This document shows positions 9,957 through 22,747 of a DNA stretch of 64,000 bases, piece by piece (position 1 is the stretch's first letter; each line of letters begins with the position of its first letter). This DNA is from Camelus dromedarius (lineage: Eukaryota). Under the pieces are notes generated by a model. That model was given only the letters and a program-made list of their open reading frames with translations. It was not told the DNA's origin and did no database searches. The position numbers and the translations under genes are program-made. The stretch is taken from the NCBI RefSeq assembly GCF_036321535.1, contig NC_087437.1:99512001-99576000 (forward strand), read 5' to 3'.

Positions 9957-12900
9957 GTAAGGCTGCGTATCAAATCTACTTTTTGGGGGGGAAAGTTGGG
10001 CAGTGAGAATGATTCATCATAAGCGACGTGAGTTTGGAGTGTGCCTGTTCACTTGTAGAAGTTTAAAAGGTACTATTTGTTTTGCTTATATTTTGTTTGT
10101 TTGTTGAAATCTTAAAGGAATACTGTAGTCTGCATTTTTACGATTTTGTTCTCTGCTGCTGGGCTGATCATAGTGGATATAGAGTTTTATTATATAGCAA
10201 AATCTTTGTAAACTGCCACAGAAAGAAAGTGTCTTTAGAAGGGAAATTGACAAGTTTTAAAGAGTAATTGTACAATCATTTGAGGACAGAGGAACACTGC
10301 ATTAGACTAACAAGGGTTTAATTACCAAAAATAGTTTAATGTTGCTTTGGAAGGAATATTAAGTAAGTTGTCTTTGTCTCTTACTTTTTAATTTTAGTCG
10401 CTGATTTAGCCTGTTGGGTCACATTTTTTGTTAGTGCTGAAGGCTGCCATGAATCCCTAATGAGGCCCCTTTGCACATGATTTTGGCACTTGGCCAAAAT
10501 CAACTTCCCAGCGGCAAGCTTTCTCCAAAGAACCTGGAGCAAAAAAAAAAAAAAAAAACATTTATTAGAAATCATGTCTGAAAGCTGCCATAACCAGTTG
10601 TGTAGGCATGCCAAAATGACTTTATACAGTAAATATGAAACGATTTAAGAAAATTTTCCTTGTATTGTTGCTTTTAAAATTATGAATTTCTGCTTGTGGC
10701 CACCTAAAATACGTTAGAACAAGAACTATCTTAAAGAAGGTTTATCGATTTTTTTGTTTTTCTCAGCAGACCAGAGTAGGGGTGATTATCTTGCTGAGAA
10801 ATATACAGTACGGAAGGGTTATTCAGAACACTTCAGGATAAGTAACAGATGAATTCTTAAAACTGTTCATCTCTGTAAGTAATACTCAGTGAACAGTAAG
10901 TAATGAAGTTTTCTAGAAGTTTCAGTGTGTGCACAACTAAGCTTAACATTTTTTAAATGGCACTTTTGTATATTTTAAATACTACAGTGTTTGGGATTCT
11001 AAAAAACATTAGCGCTTATTGTATGATTTTGAAAATTTATTAATGCCTTGATAGTATTCCTACCAAATATTTTAATAAAGGTGCTTGATATATAAACACA
11101 ACTAAATAACTTTAAGTAATTGTTTTTAATTACTGTTTTGCAATAAAAAGTATATTTTTTTAATGTAAGAGACTCTGAAATTCAAAGACACTTCCATCTA
11201 ATTTTTGAAACTGTCAATTTTGATTTTATTACAACTGAATTTTGTCATGTAAGCCATTACGTTATTTTACACCCTAGCATAAATTAAATTCACAAGTTGC
11301 AGTGAAATACCTTAGTAATCAGATATTAACAGCCTCAGATTTTATATAACCATTCTAGCAATATCTTAGACATTAAAAATAGACACACCGCAGAGTGTTT
11401 AAAAGCAGAAAAGTAGTATCTCAGTTGCTGTTTTCTTTTTGAGAAATACTGTTATCACTATCCTAAATGCTGTTTTGCCTGGTTATGTTAGTCTGTAGAA
11501 GTCGAGAGTGAAACTTTATTTTTCACTTTAAAATAATCATATTTCTCTTTAACATATTGATGAGAACTTGATTTATTCTTTAAAGAAACATGATTTAGAG
11601 CTGTCTTAGTAAGTATGTTTTTCATATATTTATCGCTAGGTTTATCTTCTCTTTTTTATTATGCAGTGTAAAATATTGCTAATTTGGGTCATAGGGAAAA
11701 ATGAAGATTTACTTTTAGGAAATTTTAGCATTAAAAGATGCACCTTGATTTTCATCAATTTATGTATATATGTAATTTATGTATGTATAAAATATTTCCT
11801 GGTATTCCTGTGGACTGAATTATGATACTGTATTTACCTTGCTATTAGTTGCATTGAGCCATGGAGTGTTTGAAGTTACCATTTCAGTGAACATTAAAGT
11901 ACAGAGATGTTATAAATTGGGAAAGGGTAATATGTATCTGCTATTTATAGAAATTTATCTGGGTAAGTTCTATATTTCTATGTGAGTTCACAGTTGAATT
12001 CTCCTTTAATGTAATCTTTATTCTTTAAAAAGAAGTTAATATATTAGGTAGACAGTTCAAGATTTGAATTTAAAAGGGAACATTTTATCATTTACTATCA
12101 TCAAACAGGTGCAGGAAAAAGGGGATAGCTTGCTTATTCAGCAGAGTTCTTGCTTAAAAATTCTATTTTTATAGTAATCTTAGCTCTTATGCACCTTATC
12201 TTCTGTTTTCATCTTTTAATTTTTTAGTTATTATCTTTCTTATTTGAAATTGGCAGAATGTTTCTCTAAAATATACTGAAAATCTTTCAATTAGTGATTT
12301 TAGTTTTTTGGTTAATTAGAGGTCATAGAGAAATAAATGCCATAGAATATAGAACTTTTAGTGTACACAGATATGTTAGTTTCTGAGGTCAGAAGAAGCT
12401 TAACTGTACAAAATTCCTGGCAGATAATTTTGACTTGAGGTAGAAACAAGAATTGAGAAAAATTTAAGTTATATTCCTTGCTGAAAAAGCTAAGAAACTT
12501 ACTTTCTTTTGCTATGGCTACAAATTGTGATTGAGTATTTCCAAAGCATAGGCTTTTCAGCAAAATTATTAGCTAATTTTCCTTGGAACTATAAAAGCAA
12601 AACACTGATTATATTTTCTTCACTGAGTTGGCATTTTAAAAACAATATTCAGAATTACTTTTAATTACTTTTTAAAAGTATTTCAGTATTTTTGTTAAAT
12701 GTATTTGCAAAGAACAGTTTGAATAATTTGTTTCATTCATCATTTTTCCCATTCTTTTGGAAATATTAAAACCTATTCCACTTTACAATATAGAAACAAC
12801 TTCACTCTTCAACGAAAGTGAAATTCAACTGCAGTTGTCAATTTAGATTATGGGCCTTTACCTACTTAAGTGTGACAGTGTTTTGGTTTGTTTCAATTAT

Positions 12901-15900
12901 GCAACAGGCACATAAAATACTTTCCCCCAATTAAAAGAGATATTAATTAAGTATAAATTTTAATTCTAGATGAAAAGAAAAGTTTAAAACTGCAGGATTT
13001 TGTGCACAACTTTTAAAATGTTGGAAATGTTACAGAAGGGCATTTTTGATGAGTGTTTTATCGTTTAAATGAAATGTTTTGTAAGGTAAATGGTAAATTC
13101 CAGCAATGAGATAAATGTGTTGCTACATTAGATAGAATATAATTATTGAATTTTGGCATAAATTCAGTGACCTCTGCCATAAAAGATTAGTATATGTGGG
13201 ATGATCTTGGATTTGCAATAACAAAAGTGGATGGTGAAGCACGTGAGCCACGAACCTTTGTTGTTTTAGAGAAAGTGTGTGCTGAAAGTAAAAAGACACT
13301 TTTCATGTAACTGCTGATAATCATATTTTGTCGCTTAATTAACACAATAAATCTTGAACATTAAAAAAGTAATTACAATTTGTAAAATGCATTTGTAAGA
13401 CTTTTTTCATATAATTAACTGCAGTTTTTCTTTTGTCATTGTTTTATGACATGAACAACTGTCATAGTTCCAAGCAGCCAATATCTAACTATGGATTAGA
13501 TAACCAAGTGATTTTTTAAATGTGCTTTTATTTAAATACAATTAATATTGAATAAAGAATAATGTTCTCTGATTTTGTCTTTTTTGTATGAAAGAATGGT
13601 TGATTTGCACTTGTTGCATTTTTTTACTCAATATTGATTTAGTATTTAAGTTATCATAAAGTAAATATTGCTATTTGATATAGTTTTTAAACATGGTAGG
13701 GTTTATTTTACAAGCAACCTGACCTACTATATATTTAAACAATGGTGATTTTTACTAGCTGTATATTCTTCTCTCAAGTCAGTATGATCGGCAAAAGGCT
13801 CTCTTTTTTGGTGCTCAAAATTTTTTCTAAAAACCTCTGTAGTTTTTAGTTTTAGTTTTCAGTTTTCTCTTGTTCATTTGTCCAGGTGTGTCTGCCAACC
13901 TGAGTATCTGCCTACGTTCTGAAGTATCTGTCCTGTGAGCATTAGGTTGGAAAGTGTAGTGGCAGGTTCTAAGTTTACTCTTGTTTCATACTACTCTGGA
14001 TAGACTGACCTTGAGTTTCCTATTGAAAGCTAATCTATATACAAATCAGTATACACGATCACGCTTAAGTCTGATGATTTTGATAATTTAAAGCATTGAA
14101 TATTCTGTTTAAGTGGTCATTTACACATTTGTGTAGTGATTCTAAATATCTGACTATTACTGGTTTTAAAGCCTTACTAATTTATAGAAAATGTGAAATG
14201 CCATCATTTGCTTAAAAATTACTAATATTTACTGATTTTATCATTGCCTCTGCTCTGATATTATTGAAATGTTACATAATAGTGCTCCTTAAAATTACCA
14301 TGAGACTAAGCCCTGCCTTACTTTTCATTCCCCCCATTAACTTAAGAGGTTAACATATGTGTGTGGGGAGATGCCTGAAAATATTTCAAAAATTTTTTCT
14401 CTCCTGTGATTATCAACTACTTTACTCTTTGCAAAGATTTTGAAAGGAGCGATTGTGTATTTTTTGAATGTTTATATAAATGTGAGGAATACATGGGCTT
14501 TCTGTGGACCTAAGTTAAAAAACTAAAATAGAAAATAAGATTAAGATTAATGGCATGGTGTATTTTTATAGCAACTAATTGCAACTTGCTATTCGTACAT
14601 AAACAACAAACTGGAAAGATACACAGTGGACTCTGAGAGCAGCCTTCATTTACTTTTTACTTAAGAACTGCTGAGAAAGTGGTGGCAAAGAGATGATTTC
14701 GGTCCAGTCTGTATGATCTGTGATATTTTAGGCCCATGCAATCATTTCCCATATTTAAATCCTCTGGTCTTGCTTCAGAGCCTCCTTAACACTAATCTCT
14801 GAAATTTTTACAGAGGGAGGGGTTGCAGAACACACTCATTCTTGCTGTTCACTGGAGGGTCCGTGATTGGGGTTTCTTTGGCAAAGACAGTGTTTTTCTC
14901 TGTATAGTGATTTTTAAAAAATCACAGTTTGGGTAGGTGGGCTCAATCAGTTGGCCAAATGAGCATAATAACCAAGCCAACTCAGCCTTAACAAGGATAA
15001 TTAGTTTTTCATTCTTCCCTTAAACCTAGGCACTTTCTTGAAGAATGTGGGCAGTTGTGCTTGAGTTGCTGAAAACTGTACAGCATGCATATTCTAATTC
15101 TGAATTAGTAAACTGTTTTGTGATCAAAATAGTTTATATCAATATATGCTGTGTCCAAAATATTTAAACAATGGTAGAAGCAGTTGCTCTGAGATTCAAT
15201 TTGTAGGATTAACTTTATTATAATTTTATTTGAGATGTAGTCTGCAAATTACTTTAAAAAAGCACTCTTTACTTTTTTTCTATTACATTCTTCTTGAGGC
15301 ATAATGATTTTTAGATATAATTTTTTTGCTAGTGAAGCAGTTTTTGAAAATTTTATGTATATTGCCATTGCTTGTTCTGTAGAATTCTAACCTGATCACA
15401 TGTTCTTTCCTGTCCATTCCTAGGGCCCATTCATAAATATTCTCTAGAGAGATTTTTTTTGTCAACAGCCAGTTTTAGACAAATTCAGGTAGCTTGACAG
15501 TCAAAAAGGTTGCTACACAGAAAATCCCTATCTGAGTGTGATTTAGCTAGTTCTAAAACATGTTCGATTGTCAGGAAATGAATCAACAAGGACATAGAAA
15601 CAAAGAATGATTTGTAATTTTGGCAAATGAAACAGCAATAATCAGTCCAAAATATTTATAGAAGGATAACATTTTTCTATTGACATATTTTGTGTCAAGA
15701 AATTTAATTTGGAAACTGCTATTTGTTACTAGAAAGCGGTAATGACTTTAGTAATCAATAGTTCAAAATGCCTGATATAAGACAAAGGGCTGACTTAAAT
15801 GAATTAGTCTTAGATAAAATGTAAGCTATTAGGTTACCTCAGACCTGGAATTTGGGTTAACTTTCAATATCCAAATCATTAAATATGAATGTAATAGTAT

Positions 15901-16598
15901 TTGTGTGTTTTCTACTTTCAGAATTAGCCATGTCTACCTATGAAATCTGTTCCCTCCTCTTAGATAACTAACTTAAGAGTAATCAAATATCTTACAATTT
16001 CCATTTACCATCTTAACGCCTACTCACGATGAAACTTGCAGAAACAAAATCACATAAAAGTCTGGATTAATAGTGAGATGAGATTATGTAGCCGAAAATG
16101 AAATTACATGTATAAAGCGCAGGTGTTTACTAGCATTTGTGCAGCCAGATAAACAGTTGCATTGCAGGTAGAGTTCCTCCTTTCTCACTTGAGAAAAGTG
16201 CAATTAAAAGTAATTAACAGATGTATGAAATGTACAGCTGCTTTCTTCTAACTAAATTTCACAGAAATGGACTAAATTACAATGGATTTAAAAGTTACTA
16301 CATTTTAATGGTTTTTAAATTGGATTGGAACCAGCATTACTAGGTTTACTAGCTAAAGGGAATGAATACTTATGAGTACTTGGGACAATCTCTGCTTAGG
16401 TGGCAGCAAAACCATTAAGGTATTGGAAATTGCTACCAGACCAAAACATACAGCAAGTTAGTGAAAATTAAGTTTGTAGATCCCTTCTATGCACTCTATG
16501 CCTTTATGCTATTTATATGATATATTCCCTGACAGCATGCAAAATGATTCAGCTATGAGTGGAAAAGTGTGTACATGTGCGTGCATATTTATAGGATG

Positions 16599-16602
<4 letters not shown>

Positions 16603-16640
<38 letters not shown>
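16603..16640 (+). repeat. (GT)n microsatellite
   Basis: Read directly from sequence. Confidence 0.95.
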
Positions 16641-16643
<3 letters not shown>

Positions 16644-16892
16644 AGAGATCTTTGTTTTCTTTTCCTAGTGGTAAGGAAAATACCAAGAGTAAGATGTCGG
16701 TATGTTGGTAAAAATAGGGAATACTGGTAAACTGTTTTTGTGTACTGGGTTGTAAGCAATGACCATGAACCTACATTTCTGGAAAATAAGCCTTTTTTTT
16801 TCTCCAATCCATGCATTTCTCCTGGAGCTACTTATATGCTCAGTAGCAATAAGCTACCGTCATTAATATTATCCTACCAGTAAAGAGTTGTT

Positions 16893-18468
16893 CTTTTTTT
16901 TTAAATTGAAGTATAGTTCATTTACAGTATTATGTTAGTTTCAGGTATATAGCAAAATGGTTCAGTTATATACATATACATTTCCATATTGTTTTCCATT
17001 AGAGGTTATTACAAGATATTGACTATTTCCCTGTGTTATACAGTAAATCCTGTTGCTTACCTATTTTATATATAATAGTGTGTATCTGTTAATCTCATGC
17101 TCTCAATTTATTCCTCCCCCTTCCCTGTCCCCTCTGGTAACCGTAAGTTTGTTTTCTATGTCTGTGAGTCCGTTTCTGTTTTGCAGATAGATTTATTTGT
17201 ATATTTTTTAGATTCCACATACAAGTGATATCATATAACATTTGTCTATCTCTGACTTTCTTCACTTTTTATAATAATCTGTAGCTGTATGTTGCTGCAA
17301 ATGGCAATATTTCATTTTTATGGCTGAGTAATATTTAATTTTATATATATGTCTATACATCACTTCTTTACTCATTCATTTATTGATGGACATTCAGGTT
17401 GCTTCCATGTCTTGGCTATTGTAAATAGTGATGCTATGAACATTGAAGTGCATGTATCTTTTCAAATTAGAGTTCCCTCCAGATGCATGCTGATGCGTGG
17501 GATCGCTGGATCATATAGTAGCCCCATTTTCAGTTTTTTAAGGAAACTCCATACTATTTTCCATAGTGGTTGCACCAATTTACATTCCCACCAAGAGTGT
17601 AGGAGGGTTCCCTTTTCTCCACACCTTCTCTAGCATATATGATTTGTAGACTTTTTGATGATGGCCATTCTGAGACGTGTGAGGTTACAGTCATTGTGTT
17701 TTTGATTTACATTTCTCTAATTAGTGATGTTAAGCATCTTTTCATATGCTGGTTTGTAATCTATATGTGTTCTTTGGAGAAATGTCTGTTTAGGTCTTCT
17801 GCCCATTTTTTGATTGGGTTGTTTGGGTTTTTGGGTTTTTTTTAATAGTAAATTGTAAGAGCTGTTTGTATATTTTGGAAATTAAGCCCTTGTTGGTCAC
17901 ATCGTTTGCAAATATTTTCTCTCACTCCATAGGTCACGTTTTCATTTTGTTTATAGTTTCCTTCACTGTGCAAAAGCTTTTAAGTTTGATTAGGTCCCAT
18001 TTGTTTATTTTTGCTTTTATTTATTTTGCCATGGGAGACTGAGCTAAGAAAACATTGCTACGATTTATGTCAGAGAATGTTTTGCCTATGTTCTCTTCTA
18101 GGAGTTTTACAGTGTCATGCCTTTTATTTAGGTCTTTAAATCATTTTGAGTTTATTTGTTGTATATAGTGTGAAGGAGTGTTCTAATTTTATTGGCCTAC
18201 ATAAAGCTATCCAGCTTTCCCAACACCACCTGTTAAAGAGACTGTCTTTTACCCATTGTATATTCCTGACTCCTTTGTTGAAAATTAATTGACCATAGGT
18301 ATATGGGTTTATTTCTGAGCTCTCTATTCTGTTCTATTGACATATGTTTGTTTTTGTGCCAATACCACTCTGTTTTGAATAATGTAGCTTTGTAGTGTTG
18401 TCTGAACCTGGGAGGGTTATACTTCCAACTTTGTTCTTTTCCCTCAGGATTGCTTTGGCAATTCTGGG
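16893..18468 (-). mobile_element. 5'-truncated L1 of the artiodactyl/camelid lineage (3' UTR plus ORF2 C-terminus)
   Basis: Poly-T, then aaattgaagtatagttcatttacagtattatgttagtttcagg. Minus-strand translation gives FRQHYKATLFKTEWYWHKNKH, matching the L1 ORF2 motif YYKATVIKTVWYW. Frameshifted. Confidence 0.9.
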
Positions 18469-18914
18469 ATGGCAAAGACCTATTCTTGACCAAGTTTTCT
18501 TGGACTTGAAATATACTTCTTTTCTTTGCAGTTAGGAATAGCCAAGCTTTTCTAAAACTCTTCTGGAAAGGTATGTTGATGGTTAAAGGAAGAAGGGGAA
18601 GTGGAAGGGGAGGGATTGCATTGGATCAGGGAATTAAAGAGCTTTTATACTCTGTGTAAGATCAGAGATTTATTATAATCAGTCCATTAATACTTCAACA
18701 ATAGTTTGCTTTTGTAAGAGTATTACTAAAAGAATTTCAAAAATTTGACCTTGGAGGTAATTAGAAAACTGAGTCATTGGTTATGAGCATGCTGATGGAA
18801 CCCTTTCTCTATCCTGTCTACAACATTTTTTCAAGTGATTGACCCCTGTCATTGAAAGTGTTATGCATGACCAGTCATAGTTGTAGTGGTGCAGATCCAG
18901 TGCAGAGTTCTTCA

Positions 18915-19040
18915 TACATCTCATCTCACTGAATCCTTTAAATAACCATCAAAAGTAGGGACAATTCTCCCTATTGTATAGATGGGAGTTCTTAGAGTGC
19001 CTAAGTAATTTTCTTAGAATTCCTGGCCTACTAAGTGTTA
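18915..19040 (-). mobile_element. MIR fragment
   Basis: ctcactgaatcctttaaataacc...ccctattgtatagatggga...aagtaattttc. Confidence 0.5.
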
Positions 19041-20452
19041 ATGGTGCTTCTAGTCCATGCCGTTATCTGTTGCGCTATATTTAATGATCTTGACCTTGAA
19101 GATATGACAAACATTAAATATAATCCTCTGACTTAATACTTGTCTTTTTAAACAGTTGAAGAAGCAGAGTTCTAAAAGTATCAAAAATCGGTCACAGTTG
19201 GAGAATAGTGATAGATACTGTATACATTAGGTATTTTTAACATTTGAAGTACTTTAAATATTATTTAAGTTAAACAATAGCCAGTGACCAATAAAACAGT
19301 TTTGGTCACAAGCAGTTTTTCTCCAGAAAAATATAATAATGTATGTGGGCAAAGACTGCATTTATATGAGGCTCTTTTGCACATCAGTGGCTTGAAATAT
19401 TAAGAGCCGTGGAATAGCACATCAGGGAGAAAAGCATTCTCTAAAGACATTTCACTAGCTTGTTTTGTGAACATACGTTATTGTAATCAGAGCTACAGGA
19501 ATTGGAGAGGTGCAGATATTTTTCATTGCGGTCACCAGTAACACCCAGTGCTCCAGAGCAGAGCACCGTTGTGGCGTCCAATGGAAGCCAACTCAGAATC
19601 TTTCCCATGGTTCTTCAGGCTCTGAAGTGGGCATTCCCACTAGATGATGGTGTCTCTTTACTTGAAAATTTACAGTTTGTCCATGTCACAGGATGTGTAG
19701 GAAGAAACCAAAACTATATTACAGACCAATTATTGGTAAATGTTTTAAAGTTAAATTTCTAATCTCTGTTGATAAGTCTAAAACTTGAAATGAGGAATGG
19801 GGATAAAATACATTTTATAAAATTGTTTATTGTATTTCCATGTAATGTTGGGTATTATTATTCAAAATATCTTGATGAACACTGAAAATTTTGTTCCAAA
19901 ATCACTTTTCCAATACTCATATATTTGATTCATTGGCTTTTAGAGCTGTGACTGTTGAATGCTATTTCTTTAACTCCCTTACTTTATGCAGGACAGAATG
20001 GTGACTTGGGGGAAAAAAAATGTCTCTCTGCTCATAGTATTAATACTAGTGCCTGGAGAGTTGGCTTTGAATGTAGGTCTTCCTTCTGGGTTTGTATTCC
20101 TTTCTCTACATAAGGCCCTCTTATCCTGTAAAGTCATTTATATCCAGCTAGCAAATGTTCTGTTTCACTCTTTTTAAAACTTTAGTGGTGTGAAAAAAGA
20201 GTAGAAGGAGAATTTAACTTCATTATTAAACATGAAAAAGACTAATAAAAAGTGTATATAATTGAATATAAACTTGCCCATGAATTATCATTTCTGTAAA
20301 GTCACATTATTAAAAGTTTCTAGTTTATAATTTCATACTTGATTCTAGGGTACTCTGATCCTTTAAGTTTTATTGAAATATTCATTTAGCATCCTTGCTG
20401 AAAAATTGATGGTAGTCCTTTGAATTTTTTATTTCTTCATGAGATTAAAAGG

Positions 20453-20855
20453 TTTTTATTTTTTTAATGGAGAGATATAACATGCATGATTGTTAACCAT
20501 ACAACTGGGTGAATGTTTTACATATGTGTAAGCGTATATAATCATATGCATAAATACACGTAATCATCTCACAGATCAGGCTATAGAAATTTCTAGCACC
20601 CCAGAAGACCATCTCATGCACTATTGATATCTATCACCATAGATTAGGTTTACTAATTTTTTTATTTCATATAAATAGAATCACACAACATATACACATT
20701 TTTGTCTGGCTCATGTTACTCATCATTTTATCCCTGTGACTTCCCTATTTGTGTATATCAGTAGGTTGTTCTTTTCTGTTGTGGTGTAGTAATTTTTTAT
20801 GTGAATATAGCACAACTCACTTATTAATTCTATACTTTTTGTTGTTTCCAGTTGT
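20453..20855 (-). mobile_element. Old L1 3' UTR (L1ME/L1MB-type)
   Basis: cagatcaggctatagaaatttctagcaccccagaag...tctatcaccatagattag...ttcatataaatagaatcac. Confidence 0.7.
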
Positions 20856-21155
20856 CTTTTTACATAATTTTTAAAATGTAGATCTGGTGTCAAAAAAGTA
20901 GAAGTCGGTTTTTCTATCTAGTAAATGAAATATGAAAACAGGATCATTTTAATTAAACCATAAGGGCAGTGATTGCTTTATATGATAACTAACTCATGCA
21001 TATTTGAACCATGTGAAATGAAGACTTGATACTACTGTTATTAGTGGAAATAGTTTCTGAAGAGATTTAGTATGTGTTGTTCTAAGTAGATGCTAAAGAA
21101 GAATTCCTAAAATATTTAAACTTTTAACCATTATTCCTTTGCTTTTGTTATTTAT

Positions 21156-21186
<31 letters not shown>
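21156..21186 (+). repeat. (AT)n(GT)n compound microsatellite
   Basis: Read directly from sequence. Confidence 0.9.
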
Positions 21187-22545
21187 AACTGTAATTACAG
21201 GTCAGCCCACATATGTATCTTTTTAAACTCAATTATCCATTTTTTTAGAGTCTTTATGGATTGCTGAATTTTTCTGATGTAAAACAAAATAAATTAAACT
21301 ATTGTCTTTGACAAAGAATAATTTGGAATGATTCTGAACATGTTTAATTTCATAATTTCATATATGAACAAAATAATATCCAATATTTTGACAATAGGGA
21401 TAAAGGTTTGTTTGAAAGTAATGAGAAGACTTTTAGAGAGATTTTTGTTACTAGGTTTGTTTTGTTGTTGTTGTTCCACAGTTCCTGATACTATATTCAA
21501 ATTTAAAATGATTTACTTTACTAGGAAGATACAAATGTTACTAATAAAAATGGAAAAGTTCTTTATTATAGAATAAAATAAGATTAGATTGTTACTTAGA
21601 TATTATTAACCAACTCATCTATTGAGTCATTTGCTAGCTTCTATTGACTACATCCCTCAGTGCTAATGAATGTATTTGTCACATTGGCTATATTGATAAA
21701 TAATCTGGGATTGTCATCTGGGATTGTTTACTTTTGCTAATAAGCAGCTACTTTAAATAAAATAAATAACATTAACATAGTATGTTAAAAATGTAGTTTA
21801 CAAAGAAAGCCCTTTCACATAATATACACATTAACACTGCCCCACCCCCAACAGTGAAATAATTAGTATCCTATAGTTAGTTAAGACTGATCTGTATCCT
21901 GCACTGGGATTTTTTCCTATTCTAATTCTGTTGTCTCTTATTATAAGAAGCTACCTTTCTGCAAATAATGGAACCCCATTTAAGAGATCCAGGGTGAACA
22001 AGCAGTTTACTACAATTTTTCCAAAATGTATTTTTTAAAATATTGATTTGTTTTATGTATATTTATTACACTACAAAATTCCCTTATAATCTGGAAATTT
22101 ATCAACAATAAATAATAATTTTTACAGGTCTTTTAGTGTTATATTTTAAAGATATTATAGCCCCTAAAAACAGTAGTACCACTTTCTAGTATTTTTGTTT
22201 TTATATAACCAGTCCAAATTTGGCCAAGGTCAATGATGCTTTTTATTATTTTTGACGACTATACAATGCCCGATAATGATTCCATTTTTGACACCAGCTG
22301 ACAGTAAGCTTCCCTCTTAGATGAATTCATAGACGGTCTGTTCACCATTCAAACATGTGATGGACACTACAAAATTCCACTGCTGTTCTTCTGCTTAATT
22401 AGATGTATTTGCATCTGATAGAAAAAGACCAACTTCTTGCAACATTTTCCCCATAATAATTTTATTTTAGATATTAAATATAAATGTGCACAATGTCTGA
22501 AGGCCCCTGAATAGACAAATTAATGTGGACATTTAAAAAATACTT

Positions 22546-22747
22546 GTTTGCAAATACTAACTACTATACATAAAATAAATAAGTTTATACTGTATAGCAT
22601 AGGGAACTATATTCAATATCTTATAATAATAACCTATAATTAAAAAATGAAAACAAATATATGTATGTTCCTGAATGACTGAAACATTATGCTGTACATC
22701 AGAAATTGACACAACATTGTAAACTGACTATACTTCAATAAAAAAGA
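22546..22747 (+). mobile_element. Short L1 3' terminus (camelid/artiodactyl type), sense to the host gene
   Basis: tactgtatagcatagggaactatattcaatatctt...gaaattgacacaacattgtaaactgactatacttcaataaaaaa. Confidence 0.85.

Noticed and set aside
16880..18487. TSD of the 1.6-kb L1 (gtaaagagttgttctt / gcaaagacctattctt)
   Set aside because: Only 12 of 16 positions match. Possibly a decayed TSD, but not supportable.
17349..18493. ORFs of 68-94 aa as protein-coding genes
   Set aside because: All lie within an L1. The + strand ORFs are antisense artefacts, and the - strand ORF is a frameshifted ORF2 remnant.
19636..19652. CTCF site (ccactagatgatgg)
   Set aside because: It mismatches the conserved GGC end of the core motif, so it is too weak to call.
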